Source of the DNA: Pseudomonadota bacterium
GTDB taxonomy: Bacteria; Pseudomonadota; Alphaproteobacteria; Rhizobiales; Hyphomicrobiaceae
Length of the DNA stretch: 15,308 nt
NCBI GenBank assembly: GCA_039819885.1
Contig: JBCBRD010000067.1
Coordinates: 1 to 15,308 of the forward strand
Reading direction: 5' to 3'
The position numbers and the translations under genes were made by a program. Under the pieces are notes generated by a model. The model saw only the letters and a list, made by a program, of their open reading frames with translations. It searched no databases and was not told the DNA's origin. Below, piece by piece: positions 7,986-15,308 of the stretch; within the stretch, counting starts at the first letter, position 1, and each line of letters opens with the position of its first letter.

Positions 7986-9908
7986 ATGAGCCAATCACCC
8001 CAGTCCCACCCAGCGGAACCCGCTGTTGAAAGCGTATCGGGTGGATCCAAGTCCGGTGATTCCACGGAAGAAGCAGGCGCATCGTTTTCACAGCTCATTG
8101 AGACGTTGTTTCAGCCCCGTCATGAAGCGGAACACTGTTCATCACCTCACGGCGACTCTGACCGAGCAACCGCCCTCCCACTCAATGAGTTAGACACCAT
8201 GCTGGAAGGCGAGGCATTTCAATCGGTGGAGACCGGAACGGAAGCAGAGGAGACGGCTTACGTTTGGGACCTTGCGTCTGACAGGATCGAATGGGAGGGG
8301 AACGCAGCCGATGTCCTTCAGATCGCGAACACAGCGCACTTGGGCACTGGTGCATCGTTCAACAGTCTGCTCGTGCCGGAGCATCTTGAGCGACGACTGA
8401 CCGCGATCTCAAACACACGGTCATCTGAACCAGGTCGCAGCATGCTTTACCGTGTGCATTATCGGCTGAGACCGAACGGCCTGCGCGGAGACCAAACGAT
8501 CTGGATCGAAGACCAAGGCCGTTGTTGGCTCGACGGCGACGGTCGGCCAGCCCGTGCACGGGGTATTATTCGACGGATCACCGAAGGCTACGTCGAGGAA
8601 CAAAACCGTCAGCACCTGAATGAATTCGATGAGCTGACCGGTCAATTGAATCGGATCAAGCTGACGCAGGCTCTGGAAGCCGTCATCAACCGGACCAACC
8701 GCAAAGGACAGTCGAGTGGCTTCCTCATTGCGTCCGTCAACAACCTGTCGGTGATCAACGAGTCTTTCGGTTTCGATGTGGGCGATGAAGTCATCAAGTC
8801 TACAGCAGACATCATCAAAGAACGCCTGCGTGGTGGCGATACACTTGGTCGGTACTCCTCGAACAAGTTTGGCATTATCCTCAACGACTGTGGTGCAGGC
8901 GCAATGCGAATTGCAGCCGAGCGGTTCATGAAAGCCGTCCGGTCAACGACTGTTAGCACCAGCGCTTGCCAGCTTTCAGCAACCATTTCGGTCGGTGGCA
9001 TCGTGCTCCCCGAGCACGCACAATCGGCAGCTAGGGCGACAAGCTGCGCCCTTCAAGCACTTGAAGTTGCACGCCAAAAGTCAAACGATACGTACGTGGC
9101 CTATGCGCCCAGCAAAGTTCAAGAGAGCTTGCGACAGCGCAATATCAAACTCGCGGACGCGATCATCAGCGCCCTGGATGAGAACCGCATGCGGTTGCTT
9201 TTGCAGCCAATGATCAACGCGAAGTCGGGCGAGGCCGATATCCATGAGTGTCTGCTGCGCATGGAAAAGCGCGATGGCACACTGGTCTCTGCTGGCGAGT
9301 TTGTGCCAGTCGCAGAACAGCTTGGGTTGGCGCGTTTGGTCGACCAACGCACGCTTGAACTGGCACTCGAACTGTTGAAATCGCGGCCGGAACTCGTCTT
9401 GTCGGTAAACGTGTCGTCTTTGACAACGACCGATCAGGACTGGATGGGCACGCTTTGCAGGTCCACTGCAGGCCGGCAAGACCTGACCAAACGCCTCATC
9501 GTCGAGATCACGGAAACTGCAGCAATTGACGATCTTGATCGCACGTCAGCATTTGTCGATACACTTAAGGAAATCGGCTGCCGGGTCGCGATTGATGACT
9601 TTGGAGCGGGGTACACGTCCTTCAAAAACCTGAAGCATCTCGCTTGCGACATTGTCAAAATCGACGGCGCGTTCGTCAAAAACCTTGCCGATGATCACTC
9701 AGATCGGGTGTTTATCAAGGGCATGGTAGAACTAGCCGAGACCTTCGGCATGGAAACAGTCGCAGAGTGGGTGGGTGATGAGGGCGTCGCACGCATCCTA
9801 ATCGAAAGCGGCATCACCTATTTGCAGGGCTTCCACTACGGATTGCCGATGACGATCAACGAGTACAAGGCACAGGCTGTACCCGTCGGGAAAGTCGCAT
9901 CGACCTAG
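7986..9908 (+). CDS. PAS - degenerate GGDEF - EAL domain protein; likely a c-di-GMP phosphodiesterase
   Basis: EAL domain motifs ECLLR (EAL variant), DDFGAGYTSF, KIDGAFV and QGFHYGLP. GGDEF-domain features DELTGQLNR are present, but the signature is RYSSNKFGIIL instead of GG(D/E)EF. The N-terminal ~200 aa look PAS-like. ATG at 7986 preferred over the GTG at 7977. Confidence 0.85.
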   Translation: MSQSPQSHPAEPAVESVSGGSKSGDSTEEAGASFSQLIETLFQPRHEAEHCSSPHGDSDRATALPLNELDTMLEGEAFQSVETGTEAEETAYVWDLASDRIEWEGNAADVLQIANTAHLGTGASFNSLLVPEHLERRLTAISNTRSSEPGRSMLYRVHYRLRPNGLRGDQTIWIEDQGRCWLDGDGRPARARGIIRRITEGYVEEQNRQHLNEFDELTGQLNRIKLTQALEAVINRTNRKGQSSGFLIASVNNLSVINESFGFDVGDEVIKSTADIIKERLRGGDTLGRYSSNKFGIILNDCGAGAMRIAAERFMKAVRSTTVSTSACQLSATISVGGIVLPEHAQSAARATSCALQALEVARQKSNDTYVAYAPSKVQESLRQRNIKLADAIISALDENRMRLLLQPMINAKSGEADIHECLLRMEKRDGTLVSAGEFVPVAEQLGLARLVDQRTLELALELLKSRPELVLSVNVSSLTTTDQDWMGTLCRSTAGRQDLTKRLIVEITETAAIDDLDRTSAFVDTLKEIGCRVAIDDFGAGYTSFKNLKHLACDIVKIDGAFVKNLADDHSDRVFIKGMVELAETFGMETVAEWVGDEGVARILIESGITYLQGFHYGLPMTINEYKAQAVPVGKVAST

Positions 9909-10043
9909 TTCGACGGCACACGGCCTAAAACGCCCCATGCGCTCCAGACGTAGTGAGTGTGTTTGACCTTTGCCGGTGTACCATCTTCGTCAGATAACGC
10001 CGCGTAGCTGCCTTGAACGAGACGTCATTGAAAGCAGCCTCTA

Positions 10044-10712
10044 TTACTTGGAGGAGAGCTGCTCAATTTTCTGTTGCATCGCAGCGAGTTGCGCTTTCAA
10101 CTCACCAAGCTCGCTACCGTTTTCGCTGTCGTCTTTGTTAGATGGCGGCACTGAAGGTTCGGTTGAGACTGCAGGCTTAGGAGCAGTCTCGTCTGTCGTA
10201 GATGTCGTCGGCATACCTTCTTCGCCTGGACGGCCACTGCCATGGAACGGCGTCCACAACGACATGGCCTGTTCGAAGATCGCCATGTTCCGGCGAGCCT
10301 GCTCTTGATAGGCTTCGAATGCGGCTGTTGGTCCAAACGCATTTGAAAACTGCGAGCGGTATTTTTCCTGTTCCTTGACCAAGGCTTCCAAACTGAATTG
10401 CAGGTATGTGGGAACCATGCGGGCAATACTGTCGTCATAAAACCGGATGAGTTGACGCAAAAAAGGTATTGGCAACAGCGTCTGGCCCTTACTTTCTTGA
10501 TCAACAATGATCTGGGTCAGAACAGCGTGTGTCAGGTCATCTCCGGATTTCGCATCGAATACGGTGAAATCGCGATTGGCCCGAACCATTTCTGCGAGAT
10601 CGTCCAGTGTCACGTAAGTGCTGGTCTCGGTATTGTACAACCGCCGATTTGCATATTTTTTAATCACCACGGAGTCGGTGTCGTCTTTTTGAACGTCGGG
10701 TTTTTTAAGCAT
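10044..10712 (-). CDS. phaR: Polyhydroxyalkanoate synthesis repressor PhaR
   Basis: N-terminal DNA-binding motif VIKKYANRRLYNTETSTYVTLDDL, characteristic of PhaR. Divergent from phaA-phaB. Confidence 0.9.
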   Translation of the reverse strand: MLKKPDVQKDDTDSVVIKKYANRRLYNTETSTYVTLDDLAEMVRANRDFTVFDAKSGDDLTHAVLTQIIVDQESKGQTLLPIPFLRQLIRFYDDSIARMVPTYLQFSLEALVKEQEKYRSQFSNAFGPTAAFEAYQEQARRNMAIFEQAMSLWTPFHGSGRPGEEGMPTTSTTDETAPKPAVSTEPSVPPSNKDDSENGSELGELKAQLAAMQQKIEQLSSK

Positions 10713-10974
10713 GCGATCGGGCCTACTGGACTAACTGTGCGGTGCAGCACGATAACACACTATAGTCGCAACTGAGAAGACCAATGTCGCGCACAGCCCA
10801 AACGATGGGCTAAGAATTATCCGCAGGTCGCAATTGCCGCCGCGGCCTGTCAACTGCTATCACCGCCGGAAATACGCCTTGGGTCGCCAAGTTCAACTCG
10901 TTCTGACGAGGTGAAACGATCGGCCAGATCCGACTTATCAAATCCCAAAAATCAGCTGAGGAGACGCGCATCGC

Positions 10975-12162
10975 ATGAACCAGGATACAGAAACAGTTGT
11001 GATTGCGAGCGCTGCGCGTACGCCGGTGGGCTCGTTCAATGGTTCGCTCGGTTCCGTGTCTGCCCATGAATTGGGTAAGGTAGCCATCCAAGAAGCACTC
11101 AAACGCGCCGGTGTAGATGCAGCTGACGTTTCCGAAGTCATTCTCGGTCAGGTCCTGACCGCTGGCCACGGGCAGAATCCTGCGCGCCAAGCCTCCATTG
11201 CTGCAGGTATTTCAACCGATGCTCCGGCATGGGGCATGAACCAGATCTGTGGTTCTGGTTTGCGCGCTGTCGCACTTGGCATGCAGCAAATCCAGACAGG
11301 GTCCTCTGCAATCGTTGTTGCAGGCGGCCAGGAAAGCATGTCCAAATCGATGCACGCAGCCCACATGCGCGATGGTACCAAAATGGGCGACGTGAAGTTC
11401 GTCGATACAATGGTCAAAGACGGTCTGTGGGATGCATTTAATGGCTACCACATGGGCACAACAGCCGAGAACGTCGCCAAGGAATTCCAAATCACGCGCG
11501 AAGAACAAGATACGTTCGCAGTCGCATCGCAAAACAAAGCGGAAGCTGCGCGCAAAGCCGGCAAGTTTGCTGATGAAATCGCTCCAGTAACGGTCAAAAC
11601 ACGAAAGAGCGAAACAATCGTCGACACCGACGAGTACATCAAAGATGGTGTGACCATGGATAGCGTCGGCCGGGTCCGTCCAGCTTTCGACAAAGAGGGC
11701 ACAGTCACCGCTGCCAACGCATCGGGTTTGAATGACGGTGCAGCCGTCGTGGTCTTGATGACAGAAGCAGAAGCCAAGAAACGGGGCATCACCCCGCTTG
11801 CGAAAATCAAAGGCTGGGCACACGCAGGTGTTGATCCATCTGTCATGGGCACAGGCCCCATTCCAGCAACCAAGAAGCTACTCGATCAAATCGGTTGGAC
11901 GCACGCTGACCTTGATCTCGTCGAAGCCAACGAAGCATTTGCTGCCCAGGCAATCGCAGTCAACAAAGGCATTGGCTGGGATACCGACAAGGTCAACGTC
12001 AACGGTGGTGCAATCGCCATCGGTCATCCAATTGGCGCCTCGGGTGCACGTGTTCTGAACACGTTGTTGTTCGAGATGCAGCGTCGCGATGCCAAGAAGG
12101 GTCTTGCAACCCTTTGCATCGGAGGCGGCATGGGCGTTGCTCTTGCCGTTGAACGCGACTGA
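10975..12162 (+). CDS. phaA: Acetyl-CoA acetyltransferase (beta-ketothiolase)
   Basis: Thiolase active-site Cys region [12 protein letters not shown]-terminal [13 protein letters not shown]. 395 aa. SD GAGGAG 10 nt upstream. Confidence 0.95.
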   Translation: MNQDTETVVIASAARTPVGSFNGSLGSVSAHELGKVAIQEALKRAGVDAADVSEVILGQVLTAGHGQNPARQASIAAGISTDAPAWGMNQICGSGLRAVALGMQQIQTGSSAIVVAGGQESMSKSMHAAHMRDGTKMGDVKFVDTMVKDGLWDAFNGYHMGTTAENVAKEFQITREEQDTFAVASQNKAEAARKAGKFADEIAPVTVKTRKSETIVDTDEYIKDGVTMDSVGRVRPAFDKEGTVTAANASGLNDGAAVVVLMTEAEAKKRGITPLAKIKGWAHAGVDPSVMGTGPIPATKKLLDQIGWTHADLDLVEANEAFAAQAIAVNKGIGWDTDKVNVNGGAIAIGHPIGASGARVLNTLLFEMQRRDAKKGLATLCIGGGMGVALAVERD

Positions 12163-12198
12163 CCTTGATAGTCTCGGCTTCTCCAGCCGAAAGATCAA

Positions 12199-12254
12199 AA
12201 CCGCCTGCGTTGATGGAAAATGCATAAAGGCATTGAAGTCTCACCGCAGGCGGT
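12199..12254 (+). other. Nested stem-loop in the phaA-phaB spacer (outer 10-bp stem ACCGCCTGCG/CGCAGGCGGT; inner AATGC/GCATT)
   Basis: Perfect 10-bp inverted repeat with a ~36 nt loop that contains a second 5-bp inverted repeat. No U-tract follows. Confidence 0.4.
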
Positions 12255-12308
12255 CTCCCGAAAAGCAGACAAGAACGCCCCCTCAATTGAAATAAAAGGA
12301 AAATCGAC

Positions 12309-13034
12309 ATGGCACGAGTAGCCGTCGTCACAGGTGGAACACGTGGCATTGGCCACGCCATCTCCGTTGCCCTCAAGGAAGCTGGTTATTCTGTAGCGGC
12401 GAACTACGCTGGCAACGACGAAGCCGCAAATAAGTTTAAAGCTGAAACCGGTATTCCCGTTTTCAAGTGGTCCGTCGCTGAATACGACAGCTGTGTTGAA
12501 GGCCTGGCAAAGGTCGAGGCCGAGCTTGGCCCAGTCGATGTCTTGGTGAACAACGCTGGCATCACGCGCGATGCTATGTTCCACAAAATGACAAAAGAGC
12601 AGTGGGACGCCGTAATCGGCACCAACCTCAACGGGCTCTTCAACATGACGCGACCTGTCTGGGAAGGCATGCGCTCACGCGGTTTCGGACGCATCGTCAA
12701 CATCTCGTCCATCAATGGTCAGAAGGGGCAGATGGGCCAGGCGAACTACTCAGCGGCAAAAGCTGGTGACCTGGGCTTCACGAAAGCTCTGGCGCAGGAA
12801 GGTGCTTTTAAAGGCATTACAGTAAATGCGATCTGCCCTGGCTACATCGGGACGGAAATGGTCAAAGCCATCGATCCCGAAGTTCTGAAGGCAAAAATCC
12901 TGCCGCACATCCCTGTCGGGCGTTTGGGTGAGCCAGAAGAAATCGCACGCGCCGTCGTCTTCCTTGCTGCAGACGATGCTGGTTTTATCACTGGCGCAAC
13001 ACTGGCAGCCAACGGCGGCCAGTTGATGAGCTAA
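12309..13034 (+). CDS. phaB: Acetoacetyl-CoA reductase (NADPH-dependent), SDR family
   Basis: VTGGTRGIGHAI cofactor motif and catalytic NYSAAKAG (Y-x3-K). 241 aa. Sits immediately downstream of phaA. Confidence 0.95.
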   Translation: MARVAVVTGGTRGIGHAISVALKEAGYSVAANYAGNDEAANKFKAETGIPVFKWSVAEYDSCVEGLAKVEAELGPVDVLVNNAGITRDAMFHKMTKEQWDAVIGTNLNGLFNMTRPVWEGMRSRGFGRIVNISSINGQKGQMGQANYSAAKAGDLGFTKALAQEGAFKGITVNAICPGYIGTEMVKAIDPEVLKAKILPHIPVGRLGEPEEIARAVVFLAADDAGFITGATLAANGGQLMS

Positions 13035-13086
13035 CGAGCGACGAGGAGACTGGCAACGGCCAGCCTGCTCAACGCGAGACGCAAAG

Positions 13087-13121
13087 CACCCGCCAGCAAC
13101 AAGCTGGGCGGGTGTTTTTTG
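13087..13121 (+). terminator. Rho-independent terminator after phaB (CACCCGCCAG ... CTGGGCGGGTG followed by TTTTTTG)
   Basis: 10-11 bp GC-rich stem with a one-base bulge, followed by a 6-T run, ~50 nt after the phaB stop. Confidence 0.7.
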
Positions 13122-13146
13122 TATCGGCTAGCTGATCGGAGAAGCG

Positions 13147-13983
13147 TTACGGCTGGGCGGTGGCTAGCGGCATTGCGCCATCGACTTCGCTAACCAAAAG
13201 TTTGCCACCCTTCAGATCTCGCAGGTCTGCATTTTTGAAGATCGCCCCGTCGAGCTTTGCGCCTGTGAAATCAGCCTTGACCAACTCAGCCGACGAGAAG
13301 TTGGCGCCACGAAGGTCGGCTCCAATGAAGGTCGAAAAGTTCATATTGGCATATGAAAAGTTTGCGTTTCGCAAATCCGCCCCGTCGAAATTTGCCCCGA
13401 TAAGGTAATTCCGTGGGACCGATGCAATCGTCGCAGTGCCAGGCGATAACGCGCTGAAGTCCGCGTTCCGCAGAATGGCTTTCCGGAAATCCGCACCATG
13501 CAATCGAGCAAGCACACGTGCCCCCGTCAGATTCGCGCCGTTGAACTTTGCCGTCTCGCTTGTCCGGAATGACAGGTCGCGTGACGTGGTTGGCAGGTTG
13601 ATCTCGGCTGCCTCCAGATTGGCATGCGAAAAGTCCGTCCCAATGATGACGGCGCGATCAATGCGCGTATCACTCAGCTCGACATAAGAGAGGTCGGCTT
13701 CCGTGAGATCGGTTCCATAAAGGTCAACCCCGGTCAGTATGGCATGCTTGAAGTTCAGACTTGAGAGATCAAGAAAGCTGAGATCTTGGTCACTGACATC
13801 AAGTGGAGCTTCAACAGAGGCAGTTTTGAGTTTCAGGGCAAAATCCCGCGCGGTTATGTCAGCCGCTGTTGCAACGGACACCAACGCAATTGACGTAGAT
13901 ATCGCTCCGGCTAGAAGTGTTAGGAACGAGGGAGTGAAGCCGCATCCGACGTGACGAGAAACGGAAATCCGAAATTCGATCAT
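13147..13983 (-). CDS. Pentapeptide-repeat protein with an N-terminal signal peptide (probably periplasmic or secreted)
   Basis: Long run of A(D/N)(L/F)xx pentapeptide repeats, e.g. ADLRNANFSYANMNFSTFIGADLRGANFSSAELVKADFTGAKLDGAIFKNADL. The N-terminal hydrophobic segment FLTLLAGAISTSIALVSVATAADI resembles a signal peptide. Start uncertain: ATG 13983, GTG 13992 or GTG 14019. Confidence 0.75.
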   Translation of the reverse strand: MIEFRISVSRHVGCGFTPSFLTLLAGAISTSIALVSVATAADITARDFALKLKTASVEAPLDVSDQDLSFLDLSSLNFKHAILTGVDLYGTDLTEADLSYVELSDTRIDRAVIIGTDFSHANLEAAEINLPTTSRDLSFRTSETAKFNGANLTGARVLARLHGADFRKAILRNADFSALSPGTATIASVPRNYLIGANFDGADLRNANFSYANMNFSTFIGADLRGANFSSAELVKADFTGAKLDGAIFKNADLRDLKGGKLLVSEVDGAMPLATAQP

Positions 13984-14117
13984 GCTCAGCACGGGGTTCC
14001 TCACTGTATTGGATTGCACGTTTCTTGAGGCTACCTGAGAAGTCTACCTCAGCTTGTTGGTCCGCGCAGTAGCTCCTTAGAATGCCAGCCCTCAACTCGG
14101 CAGGCCTATGAAATAGA

Positions 14118-14156
14118 ACAAAAAACGCCCCGACCTATTGGACGGGGCGTTTTGTA
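14118..14156. terminator. Bidirectional rho-independent terminator (AACGCCCCG-ACCTATTGGA-CGGGGCGTT flanked by A-run and T-run)
   Basis: Perfect 9-bp GC stem. T-runs follow on both strands (TTTTG.. on + and TTTTTTG.. on -). ~40 nt downstream of the minus-strand stop at 14195. Confidence 0.7.
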
Positions 14157-14194
14157 ATTCAATCGTATCGGAACTCTTTCAAGCGGGTCACGAA

Positions 14195-15308
14195 CTACCC
14201 GCCGGCCCGCTTTTGCAAGATACGTGGGAAGTCATCTTCACCATGGGTATCTTGGTTCGTCGCACGAACTCCAGTTGCACCAGAGCCGAACCATGCCCCA
14301 TCAGATTGCCCTTCACGGGCAGTAGGCGCATTTGCTTGTTGTGCGGGCGCAGCCTGCGCCGGAGCACTTTGCAATTGAGCAGGTTGTCCAGCACCTGCAG
14401 CGGCACCAGTTGTCCGACGATTAGCAGGACCGCTGCCACGCGGCGCTCCCGAAGAGAACCATGCTTCAATCAGATCAAGTTCATCTGCAGACAATTGCAG
14501 CCCTTGCGACCGACAACGTGCGACGACGAAGTTTCTAAAGCGACTAGCGAACAACGCTGCAGACGCTCCTTGCTCAAACCATGGATCGGCTTCGCTCACC
14601 ACTTCCAGGACAAACCGGACATCATCACGACGAACTTCAACGCCGTTGTCCTGCGCGCGCTGGGCAATGTTCACAAGCGTGGCAGACCCTGTCAGTCCGT
14701 TGTTTGTGATTTCCTCGGCCATCACCTGGAAGAGTACGCGATACTCAGGTGGCGACAACGGAGGTGCCTGACACGCCTCGTGTATCCTTGCAATGGCCGC
14801 CTGCAAGGCGCTGGCCGAACTCTCACGCGATGGCCCGGAAGCCGGTTGCGTTTGTGCAGGCCGCGGCTGAGATGGCTGCGAGGCTTGTGCCGGCTCAATC
14901 GGGCCTTTCGAGACGGGAGTGTTCCGCTCGTGTTGTGGAGCACCGGAAAAGACCTGCTGTGTAGGTTGGGATGGGTCAGCATCAATACGGCGCTCCTGAC
15001 CGATATCGCCACGCCCAAGAGTTCCACTCGATGGAGCATTTGGAACCTGCTCGTGCACAACGGCTTGTGGCTGCGCATAGGCCTGAGGCTCTGGCTGGTG
15101 GTTAGCGTTAGGCATCCCGGAGGGCTGTCCATTCGCATATGCTGATGGCGCAGCAACACCACTCGTCAATGGGCTTGGAGCCTGCGCATGGCTCGGTTGC
15201 CGGGACTGAGCAACAGGTTGTGACAGCGAGGGTTCAATGCGCACGTCACTTTCAGGCTGGACCTGCGGCTGTGGTGTTGCCAAAGCCGGTTGTGCGGTCC
15301 GAGACGGT
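14195..15308 (-). CDS. Pro/Gln-rich low-complexity protein with a ~110 aa globular C-terminal region; 5' end lies beyond the window (partial)
   Basis: The frame stays open past the TTG at 15283 to the window edge. The N-proximal ~200 aa are P/Q/A-rich; the C-terminal region (PEYRVLFQVMAEEITNNGLTGSATLVNIAQRAQDNGVEV...) is non-repetitive. The opposite-strand ORF 14138..15145 is Arg/Cys-rich antisense junk. Confidence 0.5.
   Translation of the reverse strand, partial: PSRTAQPALATPQPQVQPESDVRIEPSLSQPVAQSRQPSHAQAPSPLTSGVAAPSAYANGQPSGMPNANHQPEPQAYAQPQAVVHEQVPNAPSSGTLGRGDIGQERRIDADPSQPTQQVFSGAPQHERNTPVSKGPIEPAQASQPSQPRPAQTQPASGPSRESSASALQAAIARIHEACQAPPLSPPEYRVLFQVMAEEITNNGLTGSATLVNIAQRAQDNGVEVRRDDVRFVLEVVSEADPWFEQGASAALFASRFRNFVVARCRSQGLQLSADELDLIEAWFSSGAPRGSGPANRRTTGAAAGAGQPAQLQSAPAQAAPAQQANAPTAREGQSDGAWFGSGATGVRATNQDTHGEDDFPRILQKRAGG

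Noticed and set aside
9970-10308. 112-aa + ORF
   Set aside because: Antisense to phaR; no motifs.
11212-11873. 203-aa and 142-aa ORFs on the minus strand inside phaA
   Set aside because: Antisense frames of a well-supported thiolase gene. Cys/His/Arg-rich composition typical of GC-rich antisense.
14138-15145. 335-aa ORF on the + strand
   Set aside because: Extremely Arg/Cys/Leu-rich, with no domain-like segments. It is the antisense frame of the much more protein-like Pro/Gln-rich minus-strand gene in GC-rich DNA.
1-15308. Search for tRNA/rRNA genes, CRISPR repeats, IS-element inverted repeats/transposases, and integrases
   Set aside because: No tRNA-like T-arm/anticodon-arm signatures, no regularly spaced direct repeats, and no transposase-like or integrase-like ORFs were seen. 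Nothing to report.

Overview
This 15.3 kb window reads as an ordinary chromosomal segment from a GC-rich alphaproteobacterium (Rhizobiales/Rhodobacterales-like gene content; GC was not computed). Almost all of it is conserved housekeeping or physiology genes that I can recognise from motifs in the ORF translations. These are a farnesyl-diphosphate synthase (ispA), a monofunctional peptidoglycan glycosyltransferase (mtgA), ribosomal protein L32 (rpmF), a PAS-GGDEF(degenerate)-EAL c-di-GMP protein, the polyhydroxybutyrate regulator and synthesis genes phaR and phaA-phaB, and a divergent TetR-family regulator paired with an NAD(P)H-binding short-chain dehydrogenase. There are also two small four-helix membrane proteins, a signal-peptide-bearing pentapeptide-repeat protein, and a Pro/Gln-rich protein that runs off the right edge. 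The left ~2.4 kb looks degraded: a C-terminal fragment of an outer-membrane beta-barrel, a divergent HflC-like band-7 protein with no HflK partner, and a pyridoxamine-phosphate-oxidase-like gene that loses similarity after about 70 codons. I found no tRNA or rRNA, no CRISPR array, no transposase or integrase, and no toxin-antitoxin or defence-type genes. I do not see a convincing novel multi-gene system here. The most unusual items are the PQ-rich partial protein, the secreted pentapeptide-repeat protein, the decayed left end, and several structured intergenic regions. All calls rest on motif recognition in the supplied translations and manual inspection; no similarity searches were run.
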